Assembly (NCBI GenBank): GCA_947168855.1
Contig: CAMVNO010000002.1
Location: 79,987-143,986 of the forward strand
Direction: 5' to 3'
Source of the DNA: an uncultured Clostridia bacterium
GTDB lineage: Bacteria; Bacillota; Clostridia; Christensenellales; CAG-138
Length of the DNA stretch: 64,000 nt
The notes below the pieces were generated by a model. That model was not told the origin of the DNA. It did not search any database and saw only the letters and a program-made list of their open reading frames with translations. Positions 28,975 to 38,483 of the stretch are shown in pieces. Both the position numbers and the translations under genes were made by a program. Each line of letters starts with the position of its first letter. Position 1 is the stretch's first letter.

Positions 28975-29196
28975 CTCTCGGAAAAGAAAAAATCGCTCCG
29001 CCGCCGAAAATGCAGGGAACGACCCGATATACCGACCCGTGTCGGTTGATAAAAGGAGGCCGATCCGCTTTTCGACAACGCATGAAAACCCGAAGATCTC
29101 GGGTCAAGGTTCTCAAAAAATCGGATCAGTTGCGCATTCGCTCATTTGCCTCCTGTTGTTTTTTGGTATTGTAACAAACACGCGGCGCCTTGTCAA
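28975..29196 (-). promoter_or_regulatory. Promoter and structured uORF leader of the ABC-F gene
   Basis: TTGACA-N17-TACAAT (29196-29168); AGGAGG at 29154-29149; uORFs MRN* (29137-29126) and MSECATDPIF*; complementary segments in the leader. Confidence 0.65.
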
Positions 29197-29211
29197 GCGC
29201 CGCGTATGGGT

Positions 29212-30144
29212 TCAGTCGATATCCGGTTCGAGGAAGCCTTCGCCGTACGCCTCGTCCACGGTGGTGAGCATCACGATCGCGCCGGGGTCGATGCGGTTGA
29301 TGATGCGGCGCGAGGTAAAGACCTCGACCTTCGAGCAGACGCACATCATCATCTGATGCGGCTTGCCGGTATACGCGCCGCGCACGTCGGCAAGCGTTGC
29401 GCCGCGCTCGGTTTCCTCCATGATGGCCTGCGCGATCTCCTGCGCCTTGTCGCTGATGACGAGCAGCATGCGGCGCGTGCCCGTGCCGTACATCAGCTTG
29501 TCGATGACGGTGGTCGAAACGACCGTCATCAGCACGCCGTACAGCACCGCGTTGATGTTGCCGAACACCGGCCAGCCGAGCAGGATGACGATGCCGTCCA
29601 CGGCAAGCGAGATCGTGCCGATCGACAGATGCGGCTTGAGCTTGCGGATGCTCATGATGATGAAATCCGTACCGCCGGTGGAGGAGCCGGGCATGTAGAT
29701 GATCGCAAGACCGATGCCGGACAGCGCGCCGGCAAACAGCGCGGCAAGCAGCGGATTGGTTGCGGCGTCCTGATAGCTGCCCAAAAGCGGGACGATCACA
29801 TCCAGGAACAGCGCAGAGATCAGCATGCTCTTGACGGACTTGAAGAAGAACACGCGCCCGAGAAGCCGGTAGCAGATGATCGCGACCGGGATATTGATGA
29901 TCAGCGACATGAGACCGATGCCGAGGAACGGCACGTAGTGGTGGATGATCATCGCGATACCGGTGATGCCGCCCGGCGCGAAGTTGGCGTTTTCGGCGAA
30001 GAACGAAATGCCGACGGCGTACAGGAAGCTGCCGACGATGTCGTGCAGCAGGTCGCGCCCGATCGCCTTCCAGCCGAATTTCTTATAGTATCCGATGATG
30101 CTCTGCTTTTTTCTCGGAGCGAGTTCCGTCTTTTTTCGCTTCAT
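29212..30144 (-). CDS. YitT family membrane protein (DUF161 + DUF2179)
   Basis: PGGITGIA, GSSTGGTD, RGAT...GAYTG, IDPGA...GEGF. Confidence 0.88.
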   Translation of the reverse strand: MKRKKTELAPRKKQSIIGYYKKFGWKAIGRDLLHDIVGSFLYAVGISFFAENANFAPGGITGIAMIIHHYVPFLGIGLMSLIINIPVAIICYRLLGRVFFFKSVKSMLISALFLDVIVPLLGSYQDAATNPLLAALFAGALSGIGLAIIYMPGSSTGGTDFIIMSIRKLKPHLSIGTISLAVDGIVILLGWPVFGNINAVLYGVLMTVVSTTVIDKLMYGTGTRRMLLVISDKAQEIAQAIMEETERGATLADVRGAYTGKPHQMMMCVCSKVEVFTSRRIINRIDPGAIVMLTTVDEAYGEGFLEPDID

Positions 30145-30201
30145 GTCCTTCACCTCACAGGGAACTATGATAGCGGTTCCAAGTCGGAAAGTCAAGGGAT
30201 T

Positions 30202-32361
30202 TTACACGGTTTTCCCGCTGTGTTTCAGCACGCGGAGCGCGTTGAGAACCGCTAAAAGCATCACGCCGACGTCGCCGAATACGGCGATCCACAGGTTTGC
30301 AATGCCCAGAGCGCCCAGAGCCAGGAAGACCGCCTTCAGTCCGAGCGCAAACACGATGTTTTCGACCGTGATGCGGTGCGTTTTCCGCGCGATGCGGATC
30401 GCGTCGATGAGCTTTGAAGGCGCGTCTGCGGGAATGATCGCATCCGCCGCCTCGATCGCTGCGTCGCTTCCGAGACCGCCCATCGCAACGCCGATGTCCG
30501 CGCGCTTGAGCACCGGCGCGTCGTTGATGCCGTCGCCGACGAACAGCAGCGTGCCGCCCTTCGGCAGCGTTTCATACAGCGCTTCGACCTCCGTAAGCTT
30601 CTGATCGGGCAGCAGCTCCGAGGCAACGCCGTCGAGCCCGAGCTCGTCCGAAACCGCTTCGGCAACCGCCTTTGCGTCGCCGGTCAGCATGATCTGCCGC
30701 CGGATCCCGAGCGAACGGAGCGCTTCGATTGTATCTTTGCTGTCTGCCTTCAGGGCATCCGCGATCACGATGCAGCCCGCATAGGCGCCGTCGACCGCGA
30801 CAAACGCCTTTGTACCGACCGCTTCGGGGTCTGCGACGGAAAGCTGCAGCGAATCCATAAGCTTTTGATTGCCGACCGCCACGGCATGCCCGCCGACCGT
30901 TGCGGTGACGCCCTTGCCGGAGATCGTGTGCGCGTCGGAGACGTCCTCTGCGGGCTCGTCTGCGGCTTCGAGGATCGATTTTGCGATCGGGTGCGTACTG
31001 AACGATTCCGCCGCAGCGGCAAACTGCAGCACGTCCTCATTCGTAAATCCGTCGGCGGGGAGGATCTCACGCACGGAGAAGCTGCCCTCGGTCAGCGTGC
31101 CGGTCTTGTCGTAGACCACCGTATGCGCCTTGTTCAGCGCTTCGAGGAAGTTGCCGCCCTTGACGAGTACGCCCGCGCGGGACGCCGCGCCGAGCCCGCC
31201 GAACACCGCGAGCGGGATCGAGATCACGAGCGCGCAGGGGCAGGAGATGACCAAAAACGTCAGCGCGCGGTGGATCCATTCCGCCCAGTTGCCCGTGATG
31301 AGCGACGGCACGACCGCCAAAAGTACGGCGGCAATGACCACGACGGGGGTATAGACCCTTGCGAATTTCGTGATAAAGCGTTCCGTGGGCGTTTTGCGGT
31401 CGGCGGCGTCCTCGACGAGCCGGATGATCTTCGAAGCCGTCGATTCGCCGAACGCCTTTTCAACGCGCACCGAAAGAACGCCGTCCAGGACGATGCAGCC
31501 GGAAAGCACCGGATCGCCCTCGCACGCCGTGCGCGGGACCGATTCGCCGGTGAGCGCGCGCGTATCGAGCGCGGATGTTCCCGAAAGGATCACGCCGTCC
31601 AGCGGGATGCGCTCGCCGGGACGGATGAGGATCGTTTCGCCGATCGAAACCTCGGCGGGGGAGACGGTGATCGTCTCGCCGTCGCGAACGACGTTCGCCG
31701 TGTCCGGACGGATGTCCAGGATTGCGCGGATCGAATCCTGCGAGCGGTCGAGCGCGAGATCGGTCAGGAATTCGCCGAGCTGGTACAGCAGCATGACCGC
31801 CGCGCCCTCCGGGTATTCGCCGAGCGCAAACGCGCCGACCGAAGCGATCGTCATCAGGAACGCTTCGCCGAACACGTTGCCGCGCACGATGCCGCGGATC
31901 GCGTTCCAAACCACGTCGTATGCGGCGACCGCGTAGCACAGGAGAAACAGCGGAAGCTCAATGTAGAGCGGCGCCTTGCAAAGATGCGCGACCAATCCGC
32001 CCGCAAACAGCACGCCGCCGACGATCAGCCGGATCAGCATCGTACGCTTTTCGCCTTCCTCGTGCCCGCCGTGCTCGTGTCCGCAGCCGCAGGCGTCGCC
32101 GTGTGAATGCCCATGATGCGCGTGATCGTGATGATGTCCGCAGCCGCAGCCCTCACCGTGATGCTCGTGCCGCTCGCACGCGCCGTGATCACAGCAGCGC
32201 TCATGCTCATGTTCGTGCCCGTGGCAGCATGCGTCGTGCCCGTGCTCGTGTTCATGCTCGTGCTCGTGGCAGCATGCGCCGTGCTCATGCTCGTGTTCAT
32301 GCTTGTGCTCGTGGCAGCATTCGCCGTGCTCGTGTTCATGCTCGTGATGGCGCTCGCTCAT
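30202..32361 (-). CDS. P1B-type heavy-metal ATPase (ZntA/CadA-like) with a His/Cys-rich N-terminus
   Basis: TGES, CPC, DKTGTLT, HP and GDGIND motifs. Confidence 0.95.
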   Translation of the reverse strand: MSERHHEHEHEHGECCHEHKHEHEHEHGACCHEHEHEHEHGHDACCHGHEHEHERCCDHGACERHEHHGEGCGCGHHHDHAHHGHSHGDACGCGHEHGGHEEGEKRTMLIRLIVGGVLFAGGLVAHLCKAPLYIELPLFLLCYAVAAYDVVWNAIRGIVRGNVFGEAFLMTIASVGAFALGEYPEGAAVMLLYQLGEFLTDLALDRSQDSIRAILDIRPDTANVVRDGETITVSPAEVSIGETILIRPGERIPLDGVILSGTSALDTRALTGESVPRTACEGDPVLSGCIVLDGVLSVRVEKAFGESTASKIIRLVEDAADRKTPTERFITKFARVYTPVVVIAAVLLAVVPSLITGNWAEWIHRALTFLVISCPCALVISIPLAVFGGLGAASRAGVLVKGGNFLEALNKAHTVVYDKTGTLTEGSFSVREILPADGFTNEDVLQFAAAAESFSTHPIAKSILEAADEPAEDVSDAHTISGKGVTATVGGHAVAVGNQKLMDSLQLSVADPEAVGTKAFVAVDGAYAGCIVIADALKADSKDTIEALRSLGIRRQIMLTGDAKAVAEAVSDELGLDGVASELLPDQKLTEVEALYETLPKGGTLLFVGDGINDAPVLKRADIGVAMGGLGSDAAIEAADAIIPADAPSKLIDAIRIARKTHRITVENIVFALGLKAVFLALGALGIANLWIAVFGDVGVMLLAVLNALRVLKHSGKTV

Positions 32362-32425
32362 AAAAACCTCCGAAAATGCAATAGTTGCTCAAATGCTCAA
32401 CTCTCTGCCGAAAAAAGAAAGCGCG

Positions 32426-32779
32426 TTATTCGCGCAAATGATCCAGACCGAGGTCCAGGATCTGTTCAACGTGTTCATCCGCGAGGGCATAGAACACATT
32501 CTGTCCCTCCCGGCGGAATCTCACGAGATTGGAGAGGCGCAGCGCCTTCAGCTGATGCGAGATCGCGGACTTCGTCATGCCCAGAAGACAGGCAAGGTCG
32601 CACACGCACAGCTCATGCACGCGGAGCGCCTGCATGATCCGCACGCGCGTTCCGTCCCCGAACAGCTTATACAGCGCGGCAAGGTCGATCGCCTCGTCCC
32701 CGTGTAAAAGCTTCGGGCGCACCGCATCCACGACGTCCTGATGAACGGATTCACATTCGCATACAGGCAAGCGTTCCAT
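32426..32779 (-). CDS. ArsR/SmtB family metal-sensing repressor
   Basis: ELCVCDLA, SAISHQL, alpha5-type DEHV...DHLRE. Confidence 0.92.
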   Translation of the reverse strand: MERLPVCECESVHQDVVDAVRPKLLHGDEAIDLAALYKLFGDGTRVRIMQALRVHELCVCDLACLLGMTKSAISHQLKALRLSNLVRFRREGQNVFYALADEHVEQILDLGLDHLRE

Positions 32780-32795
32780 ATCTTCCTCCAGTTTT

Positions 32796-32855
32796 CTGAA
32801 CAGTTGAGCAACCGTTCAATTAACTGTATTATACCACATGATCCGCCGCTGTCAA
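32796..32855 (-). promoter_or_regulatory. Promoter and probable ArsR/SmtB operator
   Basis: TTGACA-N16-TATAAT (extended -10) followed by the imperfect repeats ATTGAACGGTTGCTCAACTGTTCAG. Confidence 0.65.
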
Positions 32856-32943
32856 GCGGATCGGGGCTGTTTTTTTCAAAAAACGGTGACATTCGCGGCG
32901 CGATATGATAGAATAAACTGAAATTGACCCGGCGGAGGCAAAG

Positions 32944-33372
32944 ATGTTTCACTATACCAGAAAAGCGCAGTACCATGAGACCGATCAGATGGGCGTGATC
33001 CACCACGCGAATTACATCAAGTGGATGGAGGAGGCGCGCGTTGCGTTTCTGGACGCGCTCGGCTGCGGTTATGTCGACATCGAGCGCGAGGGCCTCGTTT
33101 CGCCGGTGGTCGGGATCTCGATCGACTACCGTCATCCGACGATGTTCTCCGACGAGGCGGAGATCGGCGTGCGGATCAATCGGTACAGCACCCGCATGAT
33201 GGAGATCGGCTACGTGATCCGGAACGTCACGCGCGGCACGCTCGCCGCCGAGGGCGTCTCGAAGCACTGCTTTCTGAAGGACGGCGCGGTCGTGTCGCTG
33301 AAAACGGCGCTGCCGAAGCTGGACGCGCTGCTGTCCGCCTATCTTGACAGCGACGAAAACGGGAATGAATGA
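32944..33372 (+). CDS. Acyl-CoA thioesterase (YbgC/4HBT family)
   Basis: ETDQMGVIHHANYIKWMEEAR. Confidence 0.88.
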   Translation: MFHYTRKAQYHETDQMGVIHHANYIKWMEEARVAFLDALGCGYVDIEREGLVSPVVGISIDYRHPTMFSDEAEIGVRINRYSTRMMEIGYVIRNVTRGTLAAEGVSKHCFLKDGAVVSLKTALPKLDALLSAYLDSDENGNE

Positions 33373-33383
33373 ACGGAGGAGCC

Positions 33384-34427
33384 ATGCGTACATTTGAATG
33401 CGACTACACGGAAGGCGCGCATCCGAACATCCTCGAAGCGCTTCTTGAAACAAATATGGAGCAGATGAGCGGCTACGGGTTCGATCCGTATACCGCCCGC
33501 GCCGCGGAGAAGATCAGAGCGGCGTGCCATGCGCCGGACGCTGCGGTGACGTTTCTTGCAGGCGGCACGCAGACGAACATGATCGTGCTCGATCTGCTGC
33601 TCGAAGCATACGAGGGCGTGATCTCGCCGAAAACGGGGCATATCAACGTGCATGAGGCGGGCGCGATCGAGTTCACCGGGCATAAGGTCCTGTCTCTCCC
33701 TGAAAACGACGGCGTGCTGGACGTCGACGCGCTCGAAGCGTACCTTAGGACCTTCTATGCCGACGCGACGCACGAGCACATGGTGCGTCCGGGCGCGGTG
33801 TATCTGACGCACCCGACCGAGTACGGCACGCTCTATACCCGGGCGCAGATAGAGCGCGTGCGCGCGCTGTGCGACCGCTATGAAATGAAGCTCTACGTGG
33901 ACGGCGCGCGGCTCGGCTATGCGCTGGGCTGTCCCGAAAACGATCTGACCCTTTCCGATCTTGCGCGGCTTTGCGACGCGTTCAGCATCGGCGGAACCAA
34001 GCTCGGCGCGCTTTGCGGCGAAGCGGTCGTGTTCCCCTGGGAAGCGCCGAAGATGCTGATGACGCAGGTGAAGCGTCACGGCGGGCTGATGGCGAAGGGG
34101 CGTGTGCTCGGCGTGCAGTTTGACGCGTTCTTTACCGACGGGCTGTATGAACGGATCGGCAAAGAAGCGATCCGTCACGCGCGGCGCATCCGTGAAATCC
34201 TGCTTTCGAAGGGATATCCGCTCGCGTGGAATTCGCCGACCAATCAGCAGTTTATTCTTCTTTCCGACGCAGAGGCGGAGAAGCTCAGAGCATACGTCGG
34301 CTTTGATCTCTGGGGCAGGGCGGACGACGCCCATTGGATCGCGCGGTTCACCTCGAGCTGGTCGACGACCGACGCGGATACGGACGCGCTCTTTGACATG
34401 CTGCCGGATCGGGCGGCATTGCAGTAA
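33384..34427 (+). CDS. Low-specificity L-threonine aldolase (beta-eliminating lyase family)
   Basis: GGTQTN, HEAGA, DGARL, IGGTK (PLP lysine). Confidence 0.85.
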   Translation: MRTFECDYTEGAHPNILEALLETNMEQMSGYGFDPYTARAAEKIRAACHAPDAAVTFLAGGTQTNMIVLDLLLEAYEGVISPKTGHINVHEAGAIEFTGHKVLSLPENDGVLDVDALEAYLRTFYADATHEHMVRPGAVYLTHPTEYGTLYTRAQIERVRALCDRYEMKLYVDGARLGYALGCPENDLTLSDLARLCDAFSIGGTKLGALCGEAVVFPWEAPKMLMTQVKRHGGLMAKGRVLGVQFDAFFTDGLYERIGKEAIRHARRIREILLSKGYPLAWNSPTNQQFILLSDAEAEKLRAYVGFDLWGRADDAHWIARFTSSWSTTDADTDALFDMLPDRAALQ

Positions 34428-34451
34428 TCTATTCTTACGGAGGATAAAAAC

Positions 34452-35375
34452 ATGAAACGAATCACAGCACTTTTATTGACGCTCATTCTGATGCTCTCGC
34501 TGTTCGGCTGCATCCGGATCTCCTGCTCGGCGCCGATCCGCTACTCGAACGCGGAGCGGTACACCGCCGGCGACTTTACCTATGACGAATCCAAGGTCAA
34601 GAAGGTCGAGATCGAATGGATTGCCGGCAGCGTGAAGCTCCTGAACGCGAAGGGGACGCTCTCCGTTTCCGAGACCTGCGACAAGGAGCTTTCCGAAGAG
34701 CTGCAGATGCATTGGTGGATCGACGGCACGACGCTGAAGATCAAGTACTGCAAGTCCGGCGAAAAGATCTCTCTGTTCGATATTGACAAGAAGGACCTTA
34801 CGGTCGAACTGCCGGCGTTTGCCGACCTCGAGATCGAGATCGCGTCCGGCTACGTGCAGGCGGAGCATATGCTCGATCTCGGCAAACTGAAGCTCGAGAC
34901 CGCTTCCGGCGGCGCGGATTTCCAATTCCTGTCCGCAAAGGAAGTCAAGGTCGATTCCGCATCCGGCGGGCTGAATTTCGGGCAGGTCTCCGTCTCCGGT
35001 GAATTCGAGATCAACACGGCGTCCGGCGGTCTGGCGGTCAACGACATCACCGCAAACGAGATCGACGTCAACAGCGCGTCGGGCGATATTTCCCTCGGAA
35101 AGATCACGGCGGAAAAGGTGGATATCGACAACGCATCCGGCTTCGTCGTACTCTGGCTGCACAGTGCAAACGAAGTCAGGATCGACAGCACCTCCGGCGG
35201 CATTCGCATCAAGCTGGACGACAAGGAGGGCGGCGCAAAGATCAAGTTTGACGCCGTTTCCGGAAATTTCAACACCGCGCTTTCCGTTGTCAACAGCGGC
35301 GATCTCATGACGATCGGGGACGGACGGATCAATATAGAGATCAAGGTGGTCTCCGGCACCGTCACGGTCGAATAA
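34452..35375 (+). CDS. DUF4097 beta-strand-repeat lipoprotein
   Basis: Lipobox LFGC; repeated (T/S)ASG-x motifs. Confidence 0.8.
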   Translation: MKRITALLLTLILMLSLFGCIRISCSAPIRYSNAERYTAGDFTYDESKVKKVEIEWIAGSVKLLNAKGTLSVSETCDKELSEELQMHWWIDGTTLKIKYCKSGEKISLFDIDKKDLTVELPAFADLEIEIASGYVQAEHMLDLGKLKLETASGGADFQFLSAKEVKVDSASGGLNFGQVSVSGEFEINTASGGLAVNDITANEIDVNSASGDISLGKITAEKVDIDNASGFVVLWLHSANEVRIDSTSGGIRIKLDDKEGGAKIKFDAVSGNFNTALSVVNSGDLMTIGDGRINIEIKVVSGTVTVE

Positions 35376-35384
35376 GCATTGCTG

Positions 35385-35414
35385 AAAAAAGCCTCGCTTC
35401 TGCGAGGCTTTTTT
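35385..35414. terminator. Intrinsic terminator
   Basis: AAAAAAGCCTCGC...GCGAGGCTTTTTT. Confidence 0.8.
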
Positions 35415-35527
35415 ACTGCCGAAATCCGGAACAACGTGCGGTAATGCCGGATAAAATGCGATTTGCTTGCAGCAAACCCGACTGCATGTTATACTTTCAA
35501 AAGAATAACGATGCGAAAGGAAACGGT

Positions 35528-36565
35528 ATGACGGCGGATCGCGGACGAAACAGAAGAACGGCGGCACTGCTGATTTCGGGCGGCGTTTTGCTCGCGCTGT
35601 TTCTTGTGTCGCTGACGCTCGGGCGGTATCCCGTGCCGCTTTGGGACGTCGTCCGCATCCTGTGGCATCGCTTTTGGGCGCTGTTCGGTCTTTCGACACC
35701 GGTTGTATGGACGGACGCCATGGAGATCGCCGTGATTTCCGTCCGGCTTCCGCGCGTCGTCATGGCGTGTCTCGTCGGCTGTTCGCTTTCGGCGGCAGGC
35801 GCGACGTTTCAGGGTGTGTTCAGGAATCCCATGGCGTCGCCGGATATCCTCGGCGCGTCGAGCGGCGCGGCGTTCGGCGCGGCGCTGGCGATTCTGCTCG
35901 GCTGTTCCGCGCGGTTTGTCACGATCTTTGCGTTTCTCGGCGCGATCCTCACGGTCGCGCTCGTGTTTTTGATCAGCGCGCGTGCGCCGGGGCTCCGGGT
36001 CGTCAATCTGATCCTTGCCGGGATCATGGTGGGCTCGCTGTTTTCGGCGGGAACGTCGTATCTGAAGCTGGTCGCGGATCCTGCTAACCAGCTTCCCGCA
36101 ATCACCTATTGGCTCTTAGGCTCGCTGTCCGGCACGCGGCTTGCTTCGATCCTGCCCGCCGCGATCCCGATGGCGCTGGGGCTCGTTCCGCTGCTGCTGC
36201 TCCGGTGGCGGCTGAACCTTCTTTCCCTCGGCGACAGCGAAGCGCGCGCGCTCGGTGTGAACACCGATCTTCTGCGTGCGGTGCTGATCCTCTGCGCGAC
36301 GCTTGTGACCGCGGCGTCGATCTCCGTGTCCGGCGTGATCGGCTGGGTGGGGCTTGTGATCCCGCATCTTTCGAGAAAGCTCGTCGGCAGCGACAACCGC
36401 GCCCTTTTGCCGTGCTCCATGCTGACCGGCGCCGCCTTTTTGCTGCTCGTCGACGACGTTTCCCGGAATCTCCTTGCAACCGAGATCCCGATCGGCATCC
36501 TCACCGCCGTGATCGGCGCGCCGTTTTTCATTTATCTGCTGCTGCGAAAGGAGAAGACGCTGTGA
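35528..36565 (+). CDS. FecCD/BtuC family ABC permease
   Basis: RLPRV, FRNPMASPDILG, GDSEARALGV, GVIGWVGLVIPH. Confidence 0.92.
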   Translation: MTADRGRNRRTAALLISGGVLLALFLVSLTLGRYPVPLWDVVRILWHRFWALFGLSTPVVWTDAMEIAVISVRLPRVVMACLVGCSLSAAGATFQGVFRNPMASPDILGASSGAAFGAALAILLGCSARFVTIFAFLGAILTVALVFLISARAPGLRVVNLILAGIMVGSLFSAGTSYLKLVADPANQLPAITYWLLGSLSGTRLASILPAAIPMALGLVPLLLLRWRLNLLSLGDSEARALGVNTDLLRAVLILCATLVTAASISVSGVIGWVGLVIPHLSRKLVGSDNRALLPCSMLTGAAFLLLVDDVSRNLLATEIPIGILTAVIGAPFFIYLLLRKEKTL

Positions 36566-37353
36566 GCCTGTTCGTTCGCGATCTATGCTTCGCATATAAA
36601 AACACGCCGGTGCTGGATCACATCGGCTTCAGCGCCGAATCGGGCGAGCTTCTTGCGATCCTCGGACCGAACGGCGTCGGCAAAACGACCCTGTTCCGCT
36701 GCATTCTCGGCGAGCAGAAGCGCTATACCGGCGCAGTCCGGATCGACGGAACGGACGCGCGCACGCTTTCCGCGCGGGAGATTGCGCACCGCGTCGCCTA
36801 TATCCCGCAGACGCACGGGATGACGTTCCGCTTCACGGTGCGCGACACGGTGCTGATGGGCACGTCGCACACGCTGTCCCCGTTCGCTTCGCCGGGCAAA
36901 GCGCAGGAAAAGATTGCGCAGGAGGCGCTTACACGGCTCGGGATCGCAGGGCTTTCCGACCGCAGCTTTGATACGCTGTCGGGCGGCGAACAGCAGCTCG
37001 TTTACGTCGCCCGCGCGCTTGCGCAGCAGGCAAGGATCCTGCTGATGGATGAGCCGACGTCCTCGCTTGACTACGGCAACCAGCTTCGCGTCCTTTCAGC
37101 GGTGAAAGGGCTTGCACGGGACGGGTACACCGTGCTGCTCAGTACCCACAACCCGCAGCACGCGCTGTGGTACGCGGACCGCGTGCTTGCGCTGCATGAC
37201 GGACGCGTTGCGGCGTTCGGGGAGACGAAGGCGGTTTTGTCATCCGCGCTTCTCAAAACGCTGTACGGCACGCACACGGAGCTTTATGAAACGCCGGGCG
37301 GACCGGTGATCCTGCCCGTTCCGGATGAAACAGAAGAAGGAGAAAAACAATGA
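36562..37353 (+). CDS. Iron-chelate/cobalamin ABC transporter ATP-binding protein
   Basis: GPNGVGKT, LSGGE, MDEPTSSLDYGNQ; GTGA overlap with the permease. Confidence 0.9.
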   Translation: MSLFVRDLCFAYKNTPVLDHIGFSAESGELLAILGPNGVGKTTLFRCILGEQKRYTGAVRIDGTDARTLSAREIAHRVAYIPQTHGMTFRFTVRDTVLMGTSHTLSPFASPGKAQEKIAQEALTRLGIAGLSDRSFDTLSGGEQQLVYVARALAQQARILLMDEPTSSLDYGNQLRVLSAVKGLARDGYTVLLSTHNPQHALWYADRVLALHDGRVAAFGETKAVLSSALLKTLYGTHTELYETPGGPVILPVPDETEEGEKQ

Positions 37354-38411
37354 AGAAGACGATTGCGCTGCTGTTGGCGGCAATGATGCTGATCGCTCTG
37401 GTCGGCTGCACAAAGACGCCGAACGCCCCGGACGCAGCCGGGACCCGCTCGTTTACAGACTCCGTCGGACGCACGGTCGAGGTGCCGAACGAGATCACGA
37501 AGGTTGCGATCTCCGGACCGCTGGCGCAGATCGTCGTGTTTGCGCTGTGCCCGGACAGGCTCGTCGGGATCGCGCAGAAATGGGACAAGACCGCGGAGCG
37601 GTTCCTTGCGACCGAGTATTATCAGCTGCCGGAGCTCGGGCAGCTGTACGGCGGCAAGGGCGAGATGAACCTTGAGACGCTGCTCAGTAGCGGCGCGCAG
37701 GTCGTCATCGACGTCGGCGAGCCGAAGGGCTCGATCCGGGAGGACCTTGACGCGCTCTCGGAGCAGACCGGCATTCCGTTCGTGCACATCACCGCCACGA
37801 TCGGCACGATGGGCGAGGCGTATCAAAAGCTCGGCGAGCTTCTGAATATGCCGGAGGAAGCCGAGGCTTTGGCGACTTACTGCGACGCGCAATACGCAAG
37901 GATCACAGAGATCGCGGAGCGCGTCGACAAAGCGAACCTTTTGTACATCACCGGCGACAAGGGGCTGAACGTGATCGCCAGGGACAGCTATCACGCGGAA
38001 ATCATCGACCTTCTCGGCAACAACCTTGCGGTTGTGGACAGCCCGTCGAGCAAGGGCACCGGCAACGAGGTCGATATGGAAAGCCTTCTTCTCTGGGACC
38101 CGGACGTGATCCTGTTTGCGCCGGACAGCGTCTATGCATCGGTCGGGAGCGATCCGCTGTGGAGTGAACTCAAAGCGATCCGGAACGGAACGTATTACGA
38201 GGTCCCGATGGGTCCCTATAACTGGATGGGCTTCCCGCCGTCCGTGCAGCGGATCCTCGGCATGCTCTGGATGGCGAAGCTTCTGTATCCGGACGCCGCG
38301 GATTACGATCTCTATGCCGAGGCCGCGGCTTATTTCAGGCTGTTCTATCACTGCGAGCTTTCGGAAGCGGACTATGACGCGCTTGTCCGGAATTCGGTCG
38401 GAAAACAGTAA
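37350..38411 (+). CDS. Iron-chelate/cobalamin ABC substrate-binding lipoprotein
   Basis: Lipobox LVGC; FTDSVGRTVEVP; periplasmic-binding-protein type III pattern. Confidence 0.85.
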   Translation: MKKTIALLLAAMMLIALVGCTKTPNAPDAAGTRSFTDSVGRTVEVPNEITKVAISGPLAQIVVFALCPDRLVGIAQKWDKTAERFLATEYYQLPELGQLYGGKGEMNLETLLSSGAQVVIDVGEPKGSIREDLDALSEQTGIPFVHITATIGTMGEAYQKLGELLNMPEEAEALATYCDAQYARITEIAERVDKANLLYITGDKGLNVIARDSYHAEIIDLLGNNLAVVDSPSSKGTGNEVDMESLLLWDPDVILFAPDSVYASVGSDPLWSELKAIRNGTYYEVPMGPYNWMGFPPSVQRILGMLWMAKLLYPDAADYDLYAEAAAYFRLFYHCELSEADYDALVRNSVGKQ

Positions 38412-38483
38412 CGCGGACAAAGCCCCTTGTGATTCGCGCGCGCCGGTGATATAATGACCGTATCAACGATTCGGAGGAACACG

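Noticed and set aside
35415-35527. Cobalamin riboswitch before the FecCD-type ABC operon
   Set aside because: Leader too short and lacks the GGGAA...GCCACUG core
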